A stretch of DNA of 64,000 bases from a virus: positions 1 to 64,000 of the IMG/VR virus record IMGVR_UViG_3300022927_001391. One strand, given 5' to 3'. A program made the position numbers and the translations under genes. Under the pieces are notes generated by a model. It was not told the origin of the DNA. It made no database searches and worked only from the letters and a program-made list of their open reading frames with translations. Shown piece by piece: positions 39,647-50,225 of this stretch. Every line of letters starts with the position of its first letter. Position 1 is the stretch's first letter.

Positions 39647-40860
39647 AAGTAGGATTTATTGGATTAGGAAAGCTAGGTCTGCCTTGTGCAGAAGCAATGG
39701 CTGTAAAATACTCAGTTACGGGGTTTGATATTGAAGACCGTGCTAGTGATAATATAAAAGTTGTCACAGATGTAAAAGATGCAGTACAAAACAAAGATCT
39801 AGTTTTTGTTGCTATTCAAACACCACATCATCCACAGTATGATGGTAGCATGCCTTGTATGGACTATGAGCCGCAGGACTTTAACTATGATCAAGTAAAG
39901 CAGTGTTTAACTGAAGTAAACCAGTATGCGAATGAGCATACTCTTATAGTTCTTATTAGCACAGTATTGCCCGGCACTGTACGCAGAGAACTTGCACCTT
40001 TAATTACACAAGCACGTTTTATCTATAACCCATATCTAATTGCTATGGGCAGTGTAGCATGGGATATGGTCAATCCAGAAATGGTTATCATTGGCACAGA
40101 GGATGGTAGTGAAACAGGTGATGCAAGTCTGCTTATTAACTTCTATAAAGAACTTATGCAGAATAATCCTCGCTATAGTGTAGGAACATGGGAAGAAGCA
40201 GAGAGTATAAAGATATTCTATAACACATTTATCAGTGCAAAACTCAGCCTTGTTAACATGATCCAGGACGTTGCAATGAAACTGGGCAACATGAATGTTG
40301 ATGTAGTTACAGATGCTCTCGCTAACAGCACCCAACGTATTATGGGCCCAAAGTATATGACAGCGGGGATGGGAGATGGTGGTCCTTGTCATCCACGTGA
40401 CAATATTGCACTACGTTACATGGCTAAGGAATTAAATTTAGAATATGATCTGTTCCATGCTATTATGAACAGTAGAGAAGTACAAGCACGTAATCTTGCA
40501 AACTTTCTATGTGATCTTGCCAAGGAACATGAACTGCCTGTACTCATACACGGCTATGCATACAAGCCAGATGTGCCATATACTGAAGGTAGCTACAGTA
40601 GTTTGGTTGCACATTACTGTAGCGAACGAGGGTTTCATCCTATGATTGTTGATCCTCTTACACATCCAGATCCTGGTCCTTATAGTGCAGTTGTACTTCT
40701 TGCTCACAATCCAAGTGTTACTTATAACTACATTAACAATCAACAATCTAACAACTTATATTGCAAACTTAATGAGGACAGCGTTATTGTTGATCCTTGG
40801 CGCAGTTTTTCAGACACTAGTTATAAGGTGATTCATTATGGCAACACCCGTATTACATAG
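39643..40860 (+). CDS. ugd: UDP-glucose/GDP-mannose dehydrogenase
   Basis: GLGKLG, STVLPG, AESIK..N, GGPCHPRD, AYKP. Confidence 0.88.
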   Translation: MKVGFIGLGKLGLPCAEAMAVKYSVTGFDIEDRASDNIKVVTDVKDAVQNKDLVFVAIQTPHHPQYDGSMPCMDYEPQDFNYDQVKQCLTEVNQYANEHTLIVLISTVLPGTVRRELAPLITQARFIYNPYLIAMGSVAWDMVNPEMVIIGTEDGSETGDASLLINFYKELMQNNPRYSVGTWEEAESIKIFYNTFISAKLSLVNMIQDVAMKLGNMNVDVVTDALANSTQRIMGPKYMTAGMGDGGPCHPRDNIALRYMAKELNLEYDLFHAIMNSREVQARNLANFLCDLAKEHELPVLIHGYAYKPDVPYTEGSYSSLVAHYCSERGFHPMIVDPLTHPDPGPYSAVVLLAHNPSVTYNYINNQQSNNLYCKLNEDSVIVDPWRSFSDTSYKVIHYGNTRIT

Positions 40861-41359
40861 TCATATTGATCCTTTTTGGGACGACGAATATAAAAGTTTG
40901 TCGTATAAGTTAGAACCTTTTAACAATCGAGACGATCTAACTGAGTGGAAACGACAAGGATATGTACATCCTGAAAGTCATTACACAGGCTTCCTATGTG
41001 ACATGCGTAGCCCTCAACCTGGTTGGAATGACAAGGTTATGCACTGGGCAGAGGATCAATTTGGTCTTAAAGACATAGGTACAAGTTACTATAGAATGGG
41101 TACAGGTGTAATATTGCCTTGTCATAAGGATACCTATGCAAAGTATTGTGAGTTGTTTGATTTAAAAGTCAGTGATTGTGAACGTATTGTCGTATTCCTT
41201 GAGGACTGGCAGAGTGGTCATTACTTCGAGATAGATGGCTGTGGAAAAGTAAATTGGAAAAAGGGTGACTATGTTTACTGGAAAGGCGACACAGAACATA
41301 TGGCTGCAAACTTAGGTACCACAAAGAGATACACACTTCAAATAACAGGACACAAATAA
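40838..41359 (+). CDS. 2OG-Fe(II) oxygenase-like protein
   Basis: PCHKD...[13 protein letters not shown]; paralog of 5012..5752. Confidence 0.7.
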   Translation: MATPVLHSHIDPFWDDEYKSLSYKLEPFNNRDDLTEWKRQGYVHPESHYTGFLCDMRSPQPGWNDKVMHWAEDQFGLKDIGTSYYRMGTGVILPCHKDTYAKYCELFDLKVSDCERIVVFLEDWQSGHYFEIDGCGKVNWKKGDYVYWKGDTEHMAANLGTTKRYTLQITGHK

Positions 41360-42534
41360 TGAAACGTATATTATTACTAGGTAGCGGTGAACTTGGCAAG
41401 GAGTTTGTTATCAGTGCTAAAAGACTTGGCTGTTATGTTGTTGCTTGTGATAGCTATGCAGGTGCGCCGGCGATGCAAGTAGCAGATCAATATGTTGTTT
41501 TTGATATGTTAGATGGCGAAATGTTATCTAATATTATAGATGAATACAAACCAGATCTCATAGTACCAGAGATTGAAGCTATCCGTACAGAAGTCTTACT
41601 GGAAAAGGAAACACAGGGTTATACAGTTGTTCCTACAGCAAGAGCAACTAACCTAACAATGAATCGAGATCGTATTAGGGATCGTGCAGTTGAACTTGGT
41701 TTGCGTACAGCAAAGTTTGAATATGCTGAGGATTTAGAAATACTACAAAGTGCTTGTAGACGGATTGGGTTTCCCTGCGTTGTAAAGCCTGTAATGAGCT
41801 CAAGCGGTAAAGGACAGAGTGTAATTGATGAGGAGCGTGAGGTGGATGCTGCATGGAAATATGCAGTATCAGGCATGCGTGGCGACAGGCAGCGTGTTAT
41901 TGTAGAAGAGTTTATTGATTTTGATTTAGAACTTACACTGCTAACTGTAAAGCAACATGATGGACCTACGCTTTTCTGTCCACCAATTGGTCATTATCAG
42001 GAGCGTGGAGACTATCAGTACAGTTGGCAACCTGCACTAGAACAAACTTTTACAGGGCATATTATCGAAACACATGCACAAGAGATGGCAAAAATCATTA
42101 CAGATGATTTGGGTGGTGCTGGTATATTTGGTGTAGAGTTTTTTGTTAAGACCAAAGGCAATAGTCCTGAGGTTATCTTCAGCGAACTGAGTCCACGCCC
42201 ACACGATACTGGAATGGTAACCATGTTTACGCAAAACCTAAGTGAGTTTGACTTACATGCAAGAGCTATACTGGGATTACCAATTGGTGAAATTAAACTG
42301 GTACGTCCGGGCGCAAGTCACGTTGTACTAGCACATGAAACTATACATGAGTTTATTATAAGCGGTATTAACGATGCACTTAAAATACCAGACGTTGATG
42401 TAAGAGTGTTTGGTAAGCCTACGACTAGACCATATCGTAGAATGGCAGTTGTACTTGCACCTAGTTTAGAAATTGCAAAAGAAGCAGCCGGTAAAATTAG
42501 TGTGATAGATATTGCAAGTGATGCAGGTGCATAA
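41359..42534 (+). CDS. purT: Formate-dependent GAR transformylase (ATP-grasp)
   Basis: [51 protein letters not shown]. Confidence 0.92.
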   Translation: MKRILLLGSGELGKEFVISAKRLGCYVVACDSYAGAPAMQVADQYVVFDMLDGEMLSNIIDEYKPDLIVPEIEAIRTEVLLEKETQGYTVVPTARATNLTMNRDRIRDRAVELGLRTAKFEYAEDLEILQSACRRIGFPCVVKPVMSSSGKGQSVIDEEREVDAAWKYAVSGMRGDRQRVIVEEFIDFDLELTLLTVKQHDGPTLFCPPIGHYQERGDYQYSWQPALEQTFTGHIIETHAQEMAKIITDDLGGAGIFGVEFFVKTKGNSPEVIFSELSPRPHDTGMVTMFTQNLSEFDLHARAILGLPIGEIKLVRPGASHVVLAHETIHEFIISGINDALKIPDVDVRVFGKPTTRPYRRMAVVLAPSLEIAKEAAGKISVIDIASDAGA

Positions 42535-43136
42535 TGGAATACAAAATTTTAGATAAGTTTGAACATGCGCTTAGTGTATATACTGGTGCACCATTTGTTG
42601 TACTCACTGATAGTTGTACTCATGCTATTGAACTTTGTCTACGACTAAAGCATCCCAAAGGACCTGTAATACTTCCCAAACACACCTACATTAGTATCCC
42701 AATGACAATACACAAGTTGGGATTAGAGTTATATTGGGACAAGGATTATAACTGGGAGTATGAATATCGTATTGCTCCTACAAATATCTGGGATAGTGCT
42801 AGAGCATTTGATGAAAATATGTATGTCAGCGGTCGTATGCAATGTCTAAGTTTTGGCTGGGATAAACGTTTGGCTATTGGTCATGGCGGTGCTATTCTAC
42901 TTGATAGTAGGAGCGATTACTTCCAGTTAAAGCGTATGGCGTATGATGGCAGAACGTTAGATACTTCTCCTTGGGAGAATCAAACTTATTGGCGTTTAGG
43001 GTTTCATTACAATATGAGACTAGAAGATGCAGCAAAGGGCATAGATATGATGTTTCATCCAGAAGAAATGCCAAACAAAGAAAGTCAGTTAAAGACTTAT
43101 CCAGACTGTAGCAATATTAAAGTTGACTTATCTTAA
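42534..43136 (+). CDS. Short DegT/DnrJ/EryC1/StrS PLP aminotransferase-like protein
   Basis: DSCTHA, DSA, SFGWDK..IGHGGAI. Confidence 0.75.
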   Translation: MEYKILDKFEHALSVYTGAPFVVLTDSCTHAIELCLRLKHPKGPVILPKHTYISIPMTIHKLGLELYWDKDYNWEYEYRIAPTNIWDSARAFDENMYVSGRMQCLSFGWDKRLAIGHGGAILLDSRSDYFQLKRMAYDGRTLDTSPWENQTYWRLGFHYNMRLEDAAKGIDMMFHPEEMPNKESQLKTYPDCSNIKVDLS

Positions 43137-43151
43137 TTTATATCTTATAAT
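43123..43151 (+). promoter_or_regulatory. Sigma70-type promoter TTGACT-N17-TATAAT
   Basis: Upstream of folE. Confidence 0.65.
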
Positions 43152-43178
43152 TAAAAAAATTACAAAGGAACACAGTAC

Positions 43179-43859
43179 ATGAGAAAGACTTCCGATATTA
43201 TTCGTAATCGCATTCGCGAGACAAACACACGTTTTCATTCTAATGATAACATTAGTGAGTTCATTGAAGAAGGTGAACTGACACTACTTCAACAAGAAGT
43301 TGAAGATAGATTCCAAGAAGTTCTCGATGCACTAATAATTGATACAGAGAACGATCACAATACACAAGAGACAGCCAAGCGTGTTGCCAAGATGTTTATT
43401 AATGAAACATTTGGCGGCCGTTACGCACCAATGCCACGGGTTACGGCATTTCCTAATATGGGTTACAAGAGCATGTATACCAGCGGCCCTATTAGTATCC
43501 GTAGTACCTGTGCTCACCACTTCCAAAACATCGTGGGCAACTGCTGGGTCGGAATTATCCCAGAAGATGAAGTAATTGGTCTTAGTAAGTTCAATCGCAT
43601 CATTCACCATATCGCTGAACGCCCACAGATTCAGGAAGAAATGACTACACAGATTGCAGAAGCATTAAAAGAATATGCAAAGACAGAGCATATCGCTGTA
43701 GTAGTTAAAGCTGAACATCATTGTATGACACATCGTGGTGTTCGCGAACATGAGAGCGATATGACTACCGCAGTGATGTGTGGTGGATTTCTAAATGATC
43801 CAAGTGTAAAGCAGGAGTTTTACAACATCTGTTTGAGCATGAAGGGTCATAGTAACTAA
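43179..43859 (+). CDS. folE: GTP cyclohydrolase I
   Basis: TAKRVAKM, CAHH, GLSKFNR, QIQE, HHCMTHRG. Confidence 0.95.
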   Translation: MRKTSDIIRNRIRETNTRFHSNDNISEFIEEGELTLLQQEVEDRFQEVLDALIIDTENDHNTQETAKRVAKMFINETFGGRYAPMPRVTAFPNMGYKSMYTSGPISIRSTCAHHFQNIVGNCWVGIIPEDEVIGLSKFNRIIHHIAERPQIQEEMTTQIAEALKEYAKTEHIAVVVKAEHHCMTHRGVREHESDMTTAVMCGGFLNDPSVKQEFYNICLSMKGHSN

Positions 43860-43873
43860 TCAGGGAGAAACAT

Positions 43874-44497
43874 ATGTTGAAGTTACTAGAAGGTGTAGAT
43901 CGCAAGTTGGTTAATCAGCTTGTTATCATGCACGTAATCGTAATTGCACTTTCAAATTACTTGGTGCAGTTCAAGTTTAACCTGTTCCCAGGTGCTAACT
44001 TGCCATTCTTTGGTGAGTTTCCACTTGCAGTTGCAGCATTTACATTTCCAATTGTAGTTGTTGCCACTGACTTGACCGTCCGTATGGTGGGCAAGGAAGC
44101 AGGCAGGGCAGTTGTTGCCCTAGCAGTCATCCCAGCAATCATTGTAAGTATTTTGGTTGTTTGGGGCGGCGGTGCACCAGTTGAGAAGGCACTACGTATT
44201 GGTGCAGCAAGTGGTGTTGCATATGGCGTTGGTACAATGCTAGACGTTTATGTATTCCAGCATATTCGTGAGAAGTTCACAGAGATGTGGTGGGCTGCTC
44301 CAGCATTTTCAACAGTCTGTGCAAACGTACTAGACACTTATGCGTTCTTCTATACAGCATTTTATCCAGCACCTTGGGTACATGCTGTTGCGTTCAACCA
44401 AACAATTACAAAGATCGTTGTAGGGTTGATTGTGTTCCTACCAGCATATGGTTTCCTACTAGGCCATCTGCGTAAGAAACTAGGGCGTACTCTATAA
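43874..44497 (+). CDS. yhhQ: Queuosine-precursor (preQ0/preQ1) transporter, YhhQ/VUT family
   Basis: SNYLVQF, AFTFP..ATDLTVR..G..A, DVYVF, WW.AP..ST....DT..F. Confidence 0.85.
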   Translation: MLKLLEGVDRKLVNQLVIMHVIVIALSNYLVQFKFNLFPGANLPFFGEFPLAVAAFTFPIVVVATDLTVRMVGKEAGRAVVALAVIPAIIVSILVVWGGGAPVEKALRIGAASGVAYGVGTMLDVYVFQHIREKFTEMWWAAPAFSTVCANVLDTYAFFYTAFYPAPWVHAVAFNQTITKIVVGLIVFLPAYGFLLGHLRKKLGRTL

Positions 44498-44506
44498 CAA
44501 TAACGC

Positions 44507-44546
44507 TATGAAACGGAGGGTCCGTGTTGGGCCCTCCGTTTTCATA
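44507..44546 (+). terminator. Strong hairpin / intrinsic terminator after yhhQ
   Basis: AAACGGAGGGTCC-GTGTT-GGGCCCTCCGTTTT. Confidence 0.7.
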
Positions 44547-44559
44547 AAGGACAACTTTA

Positions 44560-44862
44560 ATGCCAAAAATATATGAATCACCAGACGGTGGTATTACTAT
44601 ACGTGCAAGAGAAATAGGCGATCCTATTTCAAGTACTATTACAATCGGGGGCTCGACCTCAACGGTGACAAGTACTGGATTTGGAAATGCAGCTAACATT
44701 ACCATAACTCCTCCAACTGATCCTCTTGAGGAATATTTGCAACAAAGACTTGATATGATGGACAAGTATCCAGAATTAAAAGAAAAATGGGAAGAGTTTG
44801 CAGAGTTAGAACGCCATTACAAAGCCTGGGATTTACTTAATATAAAGGAAAGTAAAGTATGA
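44560..44862 (+). CDS. Hypothetical protein
   Basis: IYESPDGG.TI N-terminus. Confidence 0.6.
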   Translation: MPKIYESPDGGITIRAREIGDPISSTITIGGSTSTVTSTGFGNAANITITPPTDPLEEYLQQRLDMMDKYPELKEKWEEFAELERHYKAWDLLNIKESKV

Positions 44863-45179
44863 AATGGTTTGATAAATGGTTTTATAAACAAAGTAAAAAG
44901 GCGTGGGAATCGCAATCTTGTAATTCAACCCCTAGCGTCGACGCTAGGAGTATTCCTAACGTCCCTACTCATGGTAGGCCTACTCCCAGTAATATAGGGG
45001 TAGAAGGATTAAATATGCAAGTTGCTAGAGCTACAGGTGGATATATAATTCAATTCAATAGATATGATGGTCTTAACGACGTTAATAATAGTAATCTTTA
45101 TATTATCAATGACGAAGATGATTTTGATACAAAAATTAGTAGTATTATTAAGTTGGAAATGTTTAAACTTCCACATTAA
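44859..45179 (+). CDS. Hypothetical protein
   Basis: ATGA-coupled ORF. Confidence 0.6.
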   Translation: MKWFDKWFYKQSKKAWESQSCNSTPSVDARSIPNVPTHGRPTPSNIGVEGLNMQVARATGGYIIQFNRYDGLNDVNNSNLYIINDEDDFDTKISSIIKLEMFKLPH

Positions 45180-45198
45180 CAAAAAATTTAAGAAACGG

Positions 45199-45226
45199 TA
45201 GACAAGTCTAGACTCTGTGTTATTAT
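45199..45226 (+). promoter_or_regulatory. Early-type promoter TAGACA-N16-(TG)TATTAT with A-tract
   Basis: Same architecture as the promoters at 59.4-60.6 kb. Confidence 0.55.
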
Positions 45227-45281
45227 AAGAGTATGTTCAAGGTGAACATGCTCTTTTTAGTCAAACTAACACGGGGTTAAA

Positions 45282-48200
45282 ATGACTTATAAGACACTAG
45301 CAAGCGCATTGCTCGCCACTACAATGCTGACAGCGTGTCAGGGTGGCGGAAGCGCAGTTAACACAGTAAAGCGTGAACTTAGTCCTACAGCGAATATCAA
45401 TTTTGCTGCTATCTCAGGTGAAATTTCTGCTCTAGAGGCAGCAGTAATGGAAGCACAGGGCGCATCAAGCCTTAGTGCAATCCTTAATCCTACACAAGCA
45501 GACAAACATATGGCAGGAGACATTGTCAGCAAGATTGACAATGTTATAGCTAGTTGGGATAGCCATAAGGCAGAAATGAATGCCAAACTCTTGGCAGTAA
45601 AACTAGCTGATCCTGACTTTCAGAAAGCTGAAGCTGTAGTAAACATCCTCAAAAATCAGGTGCGTCCACTTGTTGTTAACGTAACTGAAGGCAAGGCTTA
45701 CGATACTACCAAGTTTGTCTTTATGGAAAAGAAAGAATCACTGGATAAGGTTATTGAAGATACTAAAAAGGATATCTTTAATAATGTTGTACCAACTCTT
45801 ATTAGCTCAAGCACAAGCGCAGTAAAGGTATCTGAAACTACAGCTACAAGTTCGGCAGAGCGTATTAGTGAAACCGTTGTTACAGACGGTGAGCAGACAG
45901 TGCGTGGCGGCACTGGAATTAGTGACCTAACTCGTACTGCTAGCTGGACACGCACTACAACTAAGAAGATGGTATATGATCGTAGCTGGAGTGTTACATT
46001 ACAGAACGTAACAACCTCTGTATTCAGCGATGGTACAACTAAGACTGAAAATGGTGCAGAACGAGAAGTTCCTTATAAGGTAACTCTTGATGCATCACCG
46101 CAGGTAAGTACTGAATCGCTATCTAAAACTATTGCTTACAGTGTTAAAGAAAATAACGATCCTGCAATTACGGTTACACGCGGTTCAGCGTCAGTCGAGA
46201 ATGTATACGAAGATCGTGTAGAGAAGGTTACACAGAGTGATGGTAGCATTCTACACAATACGATTCGTAAGACAACTACAACGACTACCACGCCAGTTAC
46301 TACTACTAAAACTTATCCTAAGATCAGCGTCTATACATATGAGGATGGACACTCGTTCACTCATGATGCTACGGATGAAGTTATTAGTAGTGTGGAAAAC
46401 GAAGTAGTAGTAACTACTAGTGAGTCCACTATTAACTCAACTACTGAACATGTGGTTACCAAGGAAACAACAACAAACGAAATCATTACTGAAGTAGTAG
46501 AGAGCGAGCCGGTATTTGATACTGTTTATGAGGATAAAACTACAACTGAAACAGTTGATAGCAAAATCATTACAACAGTTACTCGTTACTATACCACTAC
46601 AGCCACAGTAACAACTACTACTACCACAAAAACTACTCCAGTCACCAAGCAGATTTGGACTGATGGTACTGAGAAGATTATTCGTGGTGACACTGTTACT
46701 GATGTAAAGACTGCTAGTACTGTTGCCAAGGATACCTGGACCAAGGTAATGAGCACCACAACCACAGATGCGCCGGCTGATACTACGCCTATTGCTGACG
46801 ATCACCCGGATATGGGAACTCGCACAGCAGGTTATAATACTGATCCAACAAGTTATCGTACATCAGAATTTACAGGCACTAAAGGCGTAAACTTTCTGAG
46901 TGCTGTTAAAGCAGATGTTGCTTACTCACGTGGTTGGACAGGTAAAGGCAGTCTAATTACCATTGCTGATACTGGCTGGGACAGAGATCATACAGATCTT
47001 TCTAGTGCGGTGAAGCATGAGTATAATACACTAACTGGCGGCACTAACACTTTTATGGATGACAACGTTGGTCACGGTAGTCATGTGTTGGGCATCGCGG
47101 CTGGGCGTAAGAACGGGTCAGGCATCCACGGTGTTGCATTCGATGCAGACGTAGCTGTAGTTAAGGTGACTGACAGCACTGTTTATAGCTTCCAGCGAGC
47201 TAGAGCTGGCGCAGCATGGGCCAGAGATTTGGGTAGTATTGCTTTCAGTGCCAGTGCAAACTGGAATGAAGACAGTGCGTTCAGAAGCAGTATCGTAAAT
47301 ATCGGTTCTGGAATGAATTACAGTAATCACTGGTACTACGGTGAGAATGGATACAATGGTGCTGTAGACGAAGCCAAGTTGTGGGCGACTGCACTAGGTA
47401 GCGAACAGATCCTTGTGAACAGTGCTGGTAACTTTGCTAAAGACTATGTATCAGGCAGTGCACAGATGGCCCATGCTACTGATGCAAATGGAAACCTTAT
47501 TATGGGCGGACGCATGCTGATTGTTGGTAGCTATGATGTTACTAACAATAAAATCTCTAGTTTCAGCAACAAGGCTGGTACTGTTTGTGCCACCTGGGAC
47601 TTTACAAATAATCTCTGTAAAGATGCTGCAAGGGCTAGCGACTTCTATATCCTTGCTCCAGGCGAACGTATTGAAAGTGCTTACAAGGATGGCACAACTG
47701 TAACAATGAGTGGTACAAGTATGGCTGCTCCTGTGGTTACAGGATCACTTGCTATCCTACACCAGATGTGGCCACATATGAAAGGTGAAAACCTCGTTAA
47801 ACTTGTTCTGCAGACTACTAACAAGGACCTGCCAGGTTACACTGTGGAAACACATGGACAAGGCATGTTGGACTTGGACAAGGCTACACAGCCTGTAGGT
47901 GCAACAGGTATTCCAACAAGCGGGCGTACGAGTGGTGCTATTGCTAACCTTGAAACACTAAGTGGTGGCGCTGCTGTCGGAAGTATTAGTAGCGATGCAT
48001 TTGCGGCACTAAGTAATGTTACGGTGCTTGATAGCTTTGAGCGTGATTTTACAATCAATCTAAACAACACTCAAGCTATTGATACTCGTCCTGGATCGTC
48101 AACAGAAGCACTAAGTTTTGGTGCAAACTATGACGGTTATTGGAATCTTGCTAATGCCGGCGAAGGCACTAGTGACTTGTTTGGTATTAGGACATCATTC

Positions 48201-48830
48201 AAGTTTGACCCAGATGCTAAAGCCAATGGCGACTGGGGCATGCGTACAGAGTATGATGTGCATAGTAGCGAAGAAACTACTATTACTGCCGCACTTGGAA
48301 TGATTAAGGAGACAGGTAAGTTCCTTAACAACGTTCAGGAAGGCTTTATGGGAGTTGGTGAGTCACACACCACAAACTATGCAGGCTTGCGTCTCAATCA
48401 CAAGTTTGATGAGAACTGGTTTGGGTTTGGTAACTTCCAGTTGGGCATGACAGACGTTGAGTCATCCAAGGAGTTTAGTCTAGTAACTGGGTACAGCACC
48501 CTAGTAAGTAACAGTTGGGGTGTCGGTGCAGGTTACAAGTTTACTAACGGGTGGACTGTTGGCGCTAACTTTAGTCAGCCAATGACAGTTACAAGCGGTA
48601 AGATGAACTACAAGGTTCCAGTAGGACGTACACTTGACGGACAGGTATTATTTAATGAAGGAAGTGCTGATGCAAGTACGAAAAATATTGAATATGATAC
48701 CGGTTTGTTTGTAAAATATAATGTAAACAATGTTGCACTTGCTGGCTATGCAGAGCATCGTAGCAATGTTGCAGGTGTCTCAGGTAACAATGAAGTTAAC
48801 CTAGGCATGAAAGTGAACTTGAAGTTCTAA
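45282..48830 (+). CDS. Lipoprotein subtilase (S8) with Thr-rich stalk and C-terminal beta-barrel (autotransporter-like)
   Basis: Lipobox LTAC; triad IADTG/HGSHV/GTSMAAP; amphipathic strands ending KVNLKF. Confidence 0.85.
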   Translation: MTYKTLASALLATTMLTACQGGGSAVNTVKRELSPTANINFAAISGEISALEAAVMEAQGASSLSAILNPTQADKHMAGDIVSKIDNVIASWDSHKAEMNAKLLAVKLADPDFQKAEAVVNILKNQVRPLVVNVTEGKAYDTTKFVFMEKKESLDKVIEDTKKDIFNNVVPTLISSSTSAVKVSETTATSSAERISETVVTDGEQTVRGGTGISDLTRTASWTRTTTKKMVYDRSWSVTLQNVTTSVFSDGTTKTENGAEREVPYKVTLDASPQVSTESLSKTIAYSVKENNDPAITVTRGSASVENVYEDRVEKVTQSDGSILHNTIRKTTTTTTTPVTTTKTYPKISVYTYEDGHSFTHDATDEVISSVENEVVVTTSESTINSTTEHVVTKETTTNEIITEVVESEPVFDTVYEDKTTTETVDSKIITTVTRYYTTTATVTTTTTTKTTPVTKQIWTDGTEKIIRGDTVTDVKTASTVAKDTWTKVMSTTTTDAPADTTPIADDHPDMGTRTAGYNTDPTSYRTSEFTGTKGVNFLSAVKADVAYSRGWTGKGSLITIADTGWDRDHTDLSSAVKHEYNTLTGGTNTFMDDNVGHGSHVLGIAAGRKNGSGIHGVAFDADVAVVKVTDSTVYSFQRARAGAAWARDLGSIAFSASANWNEDSAFRSSIVNIGSGMNYSNHWYYGENGYNGAVDEAKLWATALGSEQILVNSAGNFAKDYVSGSAQMAHATDANGNLIMGGRMLIVGSYDVTNNKISSFSNKAGTVCATWDFTNNLCKDAARASDFYILAPGERIESAYKDGTTVTMSGTSMAAPVVTGSLAILHQMWPHMKGENLVKLVLQTTNKDLPGYTVETHGQGMLDLDKATQPVGATGIPTSGRTSGAIANLETLSGGAAVGSISSDAFAALSNVTVLDSFERDFTINLNNTQAIDTRPGSSTEALSFGANYDGYWNLANAGEGTSDLFGIRTSFKFDPDAKANGDWGMRTEYDVHSSEETTITAALGMIKETGKFLNNVQEGFMGVGESHTTNYAGLRLNHKFDENWFGFGNFQLGMTDVESSKEFSLVTGYSTLVSNSWGVGAGYKFTNGWTVGANFSQPMTVTSGKMNYKVPVGRTLDGQVLFNEGSADASTKNIEYDTGLFVKYNVNNVALAGYAEHRSNVAGVSGNNEVNLGMKVNLKF

Positions 48831-48842
48831 GGAGAAAAGGTA

Positions 48843-49301
48843 TTGAACCTAACTACGCTGACATATGAAAATGTAGAAGCACTACAGTTTGATACCAACC
48901 ACGACCCCGTGAGACCCGAGCTTGACCTTAATTTTAGGTTGGGCCCGGGTCGTCGGGTTTATGTGTTGGAAACGGACGGTAAGTATCAGGCAGCAATTTG
49001 CGTTGCCTATACTAATGAAGTACCAACTACTGTAAAGGAACTTGACCTTATGAGTCAGGCTGCTTGTCAGGAAGATCAACACGGTTCTATTTGCGTAGCA
49101 TATACAGTTTGGAGTCGTGCGCCACGTGCTGGCAGAGACGTTGTTTTTCGTTTGCTAGATGAATGTCGTGCAAATGATAAAGTCAAACGTCTTATTACAC
49201 TAAGTCCAAAAACGGATATGGCACGGAGGTTTCACTTAAACAATGGAGCAGTTACTTTGCAGAACAATACTGCAACTGATAACTACGAATACAGTTTATG
49301 A
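48843..49301 (+). CDS. GNAT-like hypothetical protein
   Basis: YTVWS..RAGR...TLSP...RRFHLNNGA. Confidence 0.5.
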   Translation: MNLTTLTYENVEALQFDTNHDPVRPELDLNFRLGPGRRVYVLETDGKYQAAICVAYTNEVPTTVKELDLMSQAACQEDQHGSICVAYTVWSRAPRAGRDVVFRLLDECRANDKVKRLITLSPKTDMARRFHLNNGAVTLQNNTATDNYEYSL

Positions 49302-49735
49302 ATATGTTCAAAGATAGGAAACGTGTAATCCTAGATCGCATTGGGCAGAAGCCCTACTTGGTTAGGTATTACTTGTTTCTAAAAGATCGTAAATGGTTTC
49401 CATTTAATGTATTTTTACATAAGTTTTTACAAAGCGATCCGGATGAACTACACGATCATCCCTGGCCCTACTTCACGCTAATCTTACGTGGGGGTTATTG
49501 GGAGACTACTCCTAAAGGACGCTTCTGGCGTGGTCCAGGACACATGCGTTTTAGCGGTCCTAAGAGTCTACATCGTGTAGAACTAGAACCAGGAGTATGT
49601 GCTTGGTCACTATTCATTCCTGGTCCTAAACTACGTGAGTGGGGTTTCATTGTCAACGGCAAATGGATGCACAATGAAAAGTATTTTGAATGGCGTAAGC
49701 AAAAGGTGAGAGATGAAAAAATTATATCTGTCTAA
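49298..49735 (+). CDS. Cupin-like protein
   Basis: LHDHPW...GGYWE...HRV. Confidence 0.65.
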   Translation: MNMFKDRKRVILDRIGQKPYLVRYYLFLKDRKWFPFNVFLHKFLQSDPDELHDHPWPYFTLILRGGYWETTPKGRFWRGPGHMRFSGPKSLHRVELEPGVCAWSLFIPGPKLREWGFIVNGKWMHNEKYFEWRKQKVRDEKIISV

Positions 49736-50225
49736 TCGAGATATTGAAAAGGGTGTACATAACGTTATAAAGCAAATGTATGCTGACAACTGGCGGCCCG
49801 ATTATATTGTAGGTATTACCAGAGGTGGATTAATTCCTGCTGTTCTAATGAGTCATCTTACAGGTATTAAAATGCACACACTGGATGTTCGTTTGCGTGA
49901 TGGCGATGAACAAGAATCCAACTGTTGGATGGCAGAAGATGCATTTGGTATTTTCCAAATGGGTGGCATATATGAAGATAAGAAAATTCTTATCCTAGAC
50001 GATATTAACGATAGTGGTGCTACATTCCAATGGATTAAAGAAGATTGGCCGGCAGGCTGTCATCCAAATGAACACCGATGGGATAAAGTTTGGAATCAGA
50101 ATGTTCGCTTTGCAACTATTGTAAACAATCTTGCAAGTCCATTTAACATCGATTATACAAGCATTGAAATTAACAAAGCTGAAGAAGATACATGGGTCGT
50201 ATTCCCCTATGAGGAGTGGTGGTGA
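49713..50225 (+). CDS. Type I phosphoribosyltransferase (xanthine/guanine PRTase-like)
   Basis: GITRGGL, ILILDDINDSGAT, WVVFPYE. Confidence 0.85.
   Translation: MKKLYLSNRDIEKGVHNVIKQMYADNWRPDYIVGITRGGLIPAVLMSHLTGIKMHTLDVRLRDGDEQESNCWMAEDAFGIFQMGGIYEDKKILILDDINDSGATFQWIKEDWPAGCHPNEHRWDKVWNQNVRFATIVNNLASPFNIDYTSIEINKAEEDTWVVFPYEEWW

Noticed and set aside
45800-46800. Thr-rich ACT/ACA runs as a tandem repeat or CRISPR-like array
   Set aside because: Low-complexity coding sequence with no fixed repeat-spacer unit
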